This document shows positions 60,014 through 64,000 of a stretch of 64,000 nt of DNA, piece by piece (positions within the stretch are counted from its first letter, which is position 1; each line of letters starts with the position of its first letter). The DNA is from an uncultured virus (IMG/VR IMGVR_UViG_3300011242_000004) (Duplodnaviria; Heunggongvirae; Uroviricota; Caudoviricetes): IMG/VR virus record IMGVR_UViG_3300011242_000004, one strand, 5' to 3'. The notes below the pieces were generated by a model. That model worked only from the letters and a program-made list of their open reading frames with translations. It had not been told where the DNA came from and did no database searches. The position numbers were made by a program, and so were the translations under genes.

Positions 60014-61600
60014 TCAGTCTGCTTTTGGAAGTCGTAACGTCAAACTTCCTTCTTCTAAAATCTCAACGCCATTGGAAATGACCCCTTCGTAATACGCTTC
60101 TTCCCATGCACCCCGGCTATCGGTCATGCTATAGAAGTCTCCAAAGCCTAGCTCGACGGCACCATCATTGGTAACGAACGCATCCACTAGCTCTGTTGTC
60201 ACCCGTGTGTTGTTCTGTGTGAAATCCTCTAGACTATCGAAAACGAATGTGCGTTCCGTGTCCGTCGTGTCTTTCCATTTCACAGTCAGCGTTTCCAAAC
60301 GAGGAGATGCCGACTTGTTCGTCGTTTCCAAGTACGCTTTAATTTGAACTTGTTTATTTGTTGGTATATGTAACACATCTGTTGATAGGACACTTGTTGG
60401 AATTCCTTTGAACTCATATCGGCTTTGTTGACTGAAATTTAAATCCGTCCAGTAATTGTATCGTTGGAGTCCTTCAATCTTATATTTCAGGTCTACGATT
60501 TCACTCGCTTTAATCGTATAGCGATACGTCTCCACCGGATACGCTTCATTCAATACTTTCCCTTTAGCATAAATTTTGTATTTGAATTCAATCTCTGGGA
60601 AGACATTCTCTTCGGCTTCCACATATCCTTTCAGCCCTACATAGGCTTTAAAGGGACGCGTCGTCGCCTCAAGGATGGGTTTGTAAACTTTTAAATCATC
60701 GAGGTCGCCGATACCACTTTGGTAATCTTCTTTACTGAACATTTCTAAATGGGCATCCCATAAGTGCGGTAAGAATTTGAGTCCGATGTTTCCGTTTTCA
60801 ATTGATTTCCATTTGACGTTTCCGTAGTTCATGCTATCCCATGTGAACGCCATTTCTTCGTTAATCCGTTTAGCATAAGATACAAGCAAGGATGTCGGCT
60901 CACCATTGGCTGTGAACAACGTCTCCCGGAAGGCATACTCTTGGAAGTCATTGAGTTCAATCGATTCTTTACTGACTCCGAATTCACGTGCGAGTCCATT
61001 GAGCAACCCTTGTTTCGTCGAGTTCGCTGGATTACGGAACACATCTAGGATACGTTCTTTCAATGAAGCATTGCGTTCTTTGTATAGGCGTTCGACACCT
61101 AGTAAGTATCCGAATTCATCGAATGGATTCCAGATATGATGAATCAAGTATTCAAAATGTTTCGTGCCGTTGATGGTCGCACTCGTGAATGCATAATCCA
61201 AGTCTTCAATCGTATCTAAGTTTAATCGTAAGTAGACGAATCCTTCTTCTGCATCGACCAAGAACATCGGCTCAGAGAACCGGTCATAGAAGTGACGCAA
61301 GTTCACAGCGTTCAAGACTGGAATCATTCGGCCATCTTGTTCAATCTGCACTTCTGTGAATCCATCTAAGTTGAATAAGTTTTCGTTGGCAACAGGAATC
61401 TTAAAGACAATGTCAATCAAGTCGACATTCGCTGTCCCGATGAAGAAGTTGTTTTGGAAATCCGTTAGCATTTGCTGGACGTCTTCGTATTCGACCCCAA
61501 AGCAATCAAGGAACTGGGCACCGACCGATTCTTCATCCCGTGCCATCTTCATCCATTGTGGCAATAACGCCATCATGTTCTTCGTATGTTGAGTAACCAT
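60014..61600 (-). CDS. Baseplate wedge-like protein
   Basis: FDEFGYLLGVERLYKERNASLKERI motif; follows baseplate J. Confidence 0.7.
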   Translation of the reverse strand: MVTQHTKNMMALLPQWMKMARDEESVGAQFLDCFGVEYEDVQQMLTDFQNNFFIGTANVDLIDIVFKIPVANENLFNLDGFTEVQIEQDGRMIPVLNAVNLRHFYDRFSEPMFLVDAEEGFVYLRLNLDTIEDLDYAFTSATINGTKHFEYLIHHIWNPFDEFGYLLGVERLYKERNASLKERILDVFRNPANSTKQGLLNGLAREFGVSKESIELNDFQEYAFRETLFTANGEPTSLLVSYAKRINEEMAFTWDSMNYGNVKWKSIENGNIGLKFLPHLWDAHLEMFSKEDYQSGIGDLDDLKVYKPILEATTRPFKAYVGLKGYVEAEENVFPEIEFKYKIYAKGKVLNEAYPVETYRYTIKASEIVDLKYKIEGLQRYNYWTDLNFSQQSRYEFKGIPTSVLSTDVLHIPTNKQVQIKAYLETTNKSASPRLETLTVKWKDTTDTERTFVFDSLEDFTQNNTRVTTELVDAFVTNDGAVELGFGDFYSMTDSRGAWEEAYYEGVISNGVEILEEGSLTLRLPKAD

Positions 61601-62403
61601 CAGCCCACCTCCACGGTAGCGACGACGAAGCGTTCGTTTTCTCCCGGAATGACATTGCTAATCAATCGTTCTTGGTCATTGACGTCGAGTCGAATCAGTT
61701 CGCAATCTAAGATTTTATCATTCGTTCCCATCACCACTTGAATGACTTCATTGATGATAAGCGTTTCATTCATTTCCAGTCCATTGATATAAGTCGCAAC
61801 ATTACGCCCGACTGCATCTCGAATGTATGCTCGTTCGCTGGCTCCTGCCGCATCCTTGAATACGACGTTGATACCTAACGCTACTGTCGTTTCTTTTGGT
61901 GCTCGTACATCAATCTCAATCCCGTAAGACTTGATATTGGCAATCGCTTGACGTACGGCTTCTACTAACTGAGCACTAGGCTGTCCGACCATTCCGAAGA
62001 CATGGCATGTGAACGACCCCGGTCCGTTCGTAAATTCTTCAATCGTAATATCAGACACACCCGGCACTGCCAATGCTTTTAAACGGATAGCGGCAAGGTT
62101 GCCTCCTGCTACCGTATAGACTTGGTTCCGAATCCGTTGCTTATACGTTCCGTCTGCTTCTCCTGCTTGTCGTGGACAATTCAGTAAGTCTCCTAGTAAG
62201 TCGACGTAAACCCCTTCAGACGTCGATAGGAACGCCATCGCATTCACAAGGTTCAATTCTTCATAGAAATCATAGAAGTCTTCGACGAGTACTTCCGTGA
62301 ATGTCTGGACGATGGTACCGGCTCCACTCGCATTGACCCCAATCCGCTTCTCGACTTCACTGAGAATGCGGTCAATCATCTCTTTTTGTGTTTTAATTAT
62401 CAT
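61600..62403 (-). CDS. Baseplate J/gp47-like protein
   Basis: LSTSEGVYVDLLG...GEADGTYKQRI...ALAVPGVSD...GPGSF. Confidence 0.88.
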   Translation of the reverse strand: MIIKTQKEMIDRILSEVEKRIGVNASGAGTIVQTFTEVLVEDFYDFYEELNLVNAMAFLSTSEGVYVDLLGDLLNCPRQAGEADGTYKQRIRNQVYTVAGGNLAAIRLKALAVPGVSDITIEEFTNGPGSFTCHVFGMVGQPSAQLVEAVRQAIANIKSYGIEIDVRAPKETTVALGINVVFKDAAGASERAYIRDAVGRNVATYINGLEMNETLIINEVIQVVMGTNDKILDCELIRLDVNDQERLISNVIPGENERFVVATVEVG

Positions 62404-62909
62404 TCGTCTTCCACCTCATAGACATCCACCAATCCTAATTCCATATGGAACAAGAGCGGGATGCGAATATCTTGCCTTCCTTCTTCTTTGATAGTAATCA
62501 TGTACATAATACTTTCTGCTGTATACGGGAAACCACGTACTTCAAAATTGTTTTCATTTAATGCATCATCGTACGTCAATGCTTTGATGATGCTTGCCCG
62601 TCCAACTTCCATCGTCTCCCGTGTGTTCAGCTCTCCGATTAAATCACTAAGGTCTGCACCGACTCCATCATGAAGACTCCAGTCTGGGTTTTCTGTTCGA
62701 AGACGGTTCCAAATCATTTGTTGAATCGTCTCGACGCCGAACGCTACCCCGATGTCTCGAATCGGAACCGTTGTCTCTGACACTTCTGTCGTATACCCAC
62801 CCGGTCGTGCTGGGTCTCGATACAACAGTTCACCTTCACTGTTCGTTTTTTGTTCTCCTAAGATTAAGTCGCCGTCTTTTGAGAATCCAAAATCAATTCG
62901 CATTATCAA
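62400..62909 (-). CDS. gp25/W-like baseplate wedge (sheath initiator)
   Basis: IQQMIWNRLRTENPDWSLHDGVGADLSDLIG. Confidence 0.75.
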   Translation of the reverse strand: MIMRIDFGFSKDGDLILGEQKTNSEGELLYRDPARPGGYTTEVSETTVPIRDIGVAFGVETIQQMIWNRLRTENPDWSLHDGVGADLSDLIGELNTRETMEVGRASIIKALTYDDALNENNFEVRGFPYTAESIMYMITIKEEGRQDIRIPLLFHMELGLVDVYEVEDE

Positions 62910-63345
62910 GACCTCTTCCTTTTAATCCTTGTTTTTTCATTTCTTCAAGGGTCGTTTTGCGATACCCTTTCTTGCGGTCGTAGTCATATCCGCTTTCCGA
63001 CTTATTGTTTTTGACGACACCATTTTCTTTTAAGTATAAGTTCAAATGGTTCCCTGACATCGTCAGGTTCTTTCCGAATAAATCGACCCCTTTGCTACTT
63101 AACCGAATTCCGCTTCCTTCACCGGTCACGATTTCAATGTCGCCATTGTCTTTCAGACGAATGGCCGCTCCTGTTTCAGGATGTTTGATGCTCACCTCAT
63201 CTTCATTGACGAAGAACTGGTCTTCCATTCGTTTTTTGAAACTAATGTGTTCTTTCTTTTGTAGTTGTTTTTCTACAAGCTTGCGCCATTTCGGAGCTTC
63301 GAAGGAACTATCTCCATCCCGAAACTCTTCTTTTTCAAATGCCAT
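62893..63345 (-). CDS. Baseplate spike beta-strand-repeat-like protein
   Basis: GAAIRLKDNGDIEIVTGEGSGIRLS; position next to gp25. Confidence 0.55.
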   Translation of the reverse strand: MAFEKEEFRDGDSSFEAPKWRKLVEKQLQKKEHISFKKRMEDQFFVNEDEVSIKHPETGAAIRLKDNGDIEIVTGEGSGIRLSSKGVDLFGKNLTMSGNHLNLYLKENGVVKNNKSESGYDYDRKKGYRKTTLEEMKKQGLKGRGLDNAN

Positions 63346-63358
63346 ATGTCCTCACCTC

Positions 63359-63718
63359 TCAAAACAAGTCGGTGTGAAACGGAAGATTCCGTCCCTTTTT
63401 CACTTGCAGATGGTCTTCTTTAAATTCTTTGTACACTTTACTGATGTAAGGTTTTTGATACGAGTTATCCCGAAACGACAACTCGACTTGATTCCCTGTC
63501 TTAATCGTTTGTCCGATGATGCCATCTGACTCCTTTGGGAATGGGACGTTCTTTCGGAAACGACGTACTTGTGCACCGGGTTCGAAGTACACAATATCTA
63601 ACAATTGGTCTTTGTAATTCACATACGATACGACCCCTTGTACTGTGCGAGCTTGCTTATCCAGCATTGGGCGGACCGCTTTGTCGATAATCGTTTGTAC
63701 GATAGGGTTTTGGTTCAT
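63359..63718 (-). CDS. gpV/gp5 N-terminal OB-fold-like baseplate protein
   Basis: QGVVSYVN...KNVPFP...IKTGNQVELSFRDNSYQKPYI. Confidence 0.6.
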   Translation of the reverse strand: MNQNPIVQTIIDKAVRPMLDKQARTVQGVVSYVNYKDQLLDIVYFEPGAQVRRFRKNVPFPKESDGIIGQTIKTGNQVELSFRDNSYQKPYISKVYKEFKEDHLQVKKGRNLPFHTDLF

Positions 63719-63776
63719 GTTCTCACCTCTTTATCGGTTACGAATGTAACCTTTTTCTTCCTAAAAGTATAGATGC

Positions 63777-64000
63777 TTACAGCCCCGGTCCTTGATAGAC
63801 TTTCCCATCATACGCCCATGTTGCCGCCGGTCCGATATCCACGTGAACGAATCCTTCTTCGCCTTCATTGAATTCTCCTTGAATGGCGATGGCACGAATC
63901 CCCATTGTATAAGCGGCGTCTGCAATCTCTCGTGCTTCTTCGTAGCTTTCGACCATGAAATCCATGGCAAGCCCTGCTGTATGCGCATTTGTCAGATTCT
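63777..64000 (-). CDS. C-terminus of a protein with an M15-family (D-Ala-D-Ala type) peptidase domain; 5' part outside window
   Basis: NAHTAGLAMDF (Hx6D) and FVHVD. Confidence 0.8.
   Translation of the reverse strand, partial: NLTNAHTAGLAMDFMVESYEEAREIADAAYTMGIRAIAIQGEFNEGEEGFVHVDIGPAATWAYDGKVYQGPGL

Larger units (their letters stand above)
1..64000. mobile_element. Segment of a large myovirus-like phage or phage-plasmid (Bacillota host)
   Basis: Baseplate J and gp25-like genes, tail fibres, holin/endolysins, XkdX, Sak, primase, helicase and a phage sigma factor; dense genes with AGGAGG RBS; no host housekeeping genes. Confidence 0.95.

Noticed and set aside
21916..63529. Many plus-strand ORFs antisense to the structural genes
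   Set aside because: Shadow ORFs of long minus-strand genes, with no recognisable motifs
1..64000. tRNA, rRNA or self-cleaving ribozymes in intergenic gaps
   Set aside because: No cloverleaf or hammerhead, twister or pistol consensus seen by eye; tRNAscan-SE and Infernal would be needed to exclude them

Overview
The whole window reads as part of a large contractile-tailed (myovirus-like) phage or phage-plasmid of a Bacillota host, probably Bacillales. This is inferred from gene content, strong AGGAGG ribosome-binding sites and the absence of host housekeeping genes. Region 1-18 kb holds DNA metabolism and regulation: two Cas4/AddB-type PD-(D/E)XK nucleases, a DUF559-like endonuclease, a sigma factor, RuvC, ClpP, PIN-PhoH, Rad52/Sak, an AEP primase, a DnaB-like helicase and many unknowns. 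Region 18-21.7 kb is an unusually complex lysis cassette: one holin, two holin-like proteins, an amidase, an M23 peptidase, an ECF S-component-like membrane protein and a structured leader. Region 21.7-64 kb is one minus-strand baseplate/tail-fibre block. The most striking inference concerns three consecutive fibre genes (44663->32404). The two upstream proteins end in an Ig-like domain that seems to lack its last beta-strand, and the two downstream proteins begin with a matching 'TLxDLND' strand. This suggests a pilus-like anchor / polymerising subunit / tip adhesin fibre built by donor-strand complementation. The assembly has three N gaps and at least one clear mis-join. No CRISPR array, tRNA, rRNA or integrase was seen. 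All family calls come from motifs read by eye, not from database searches.
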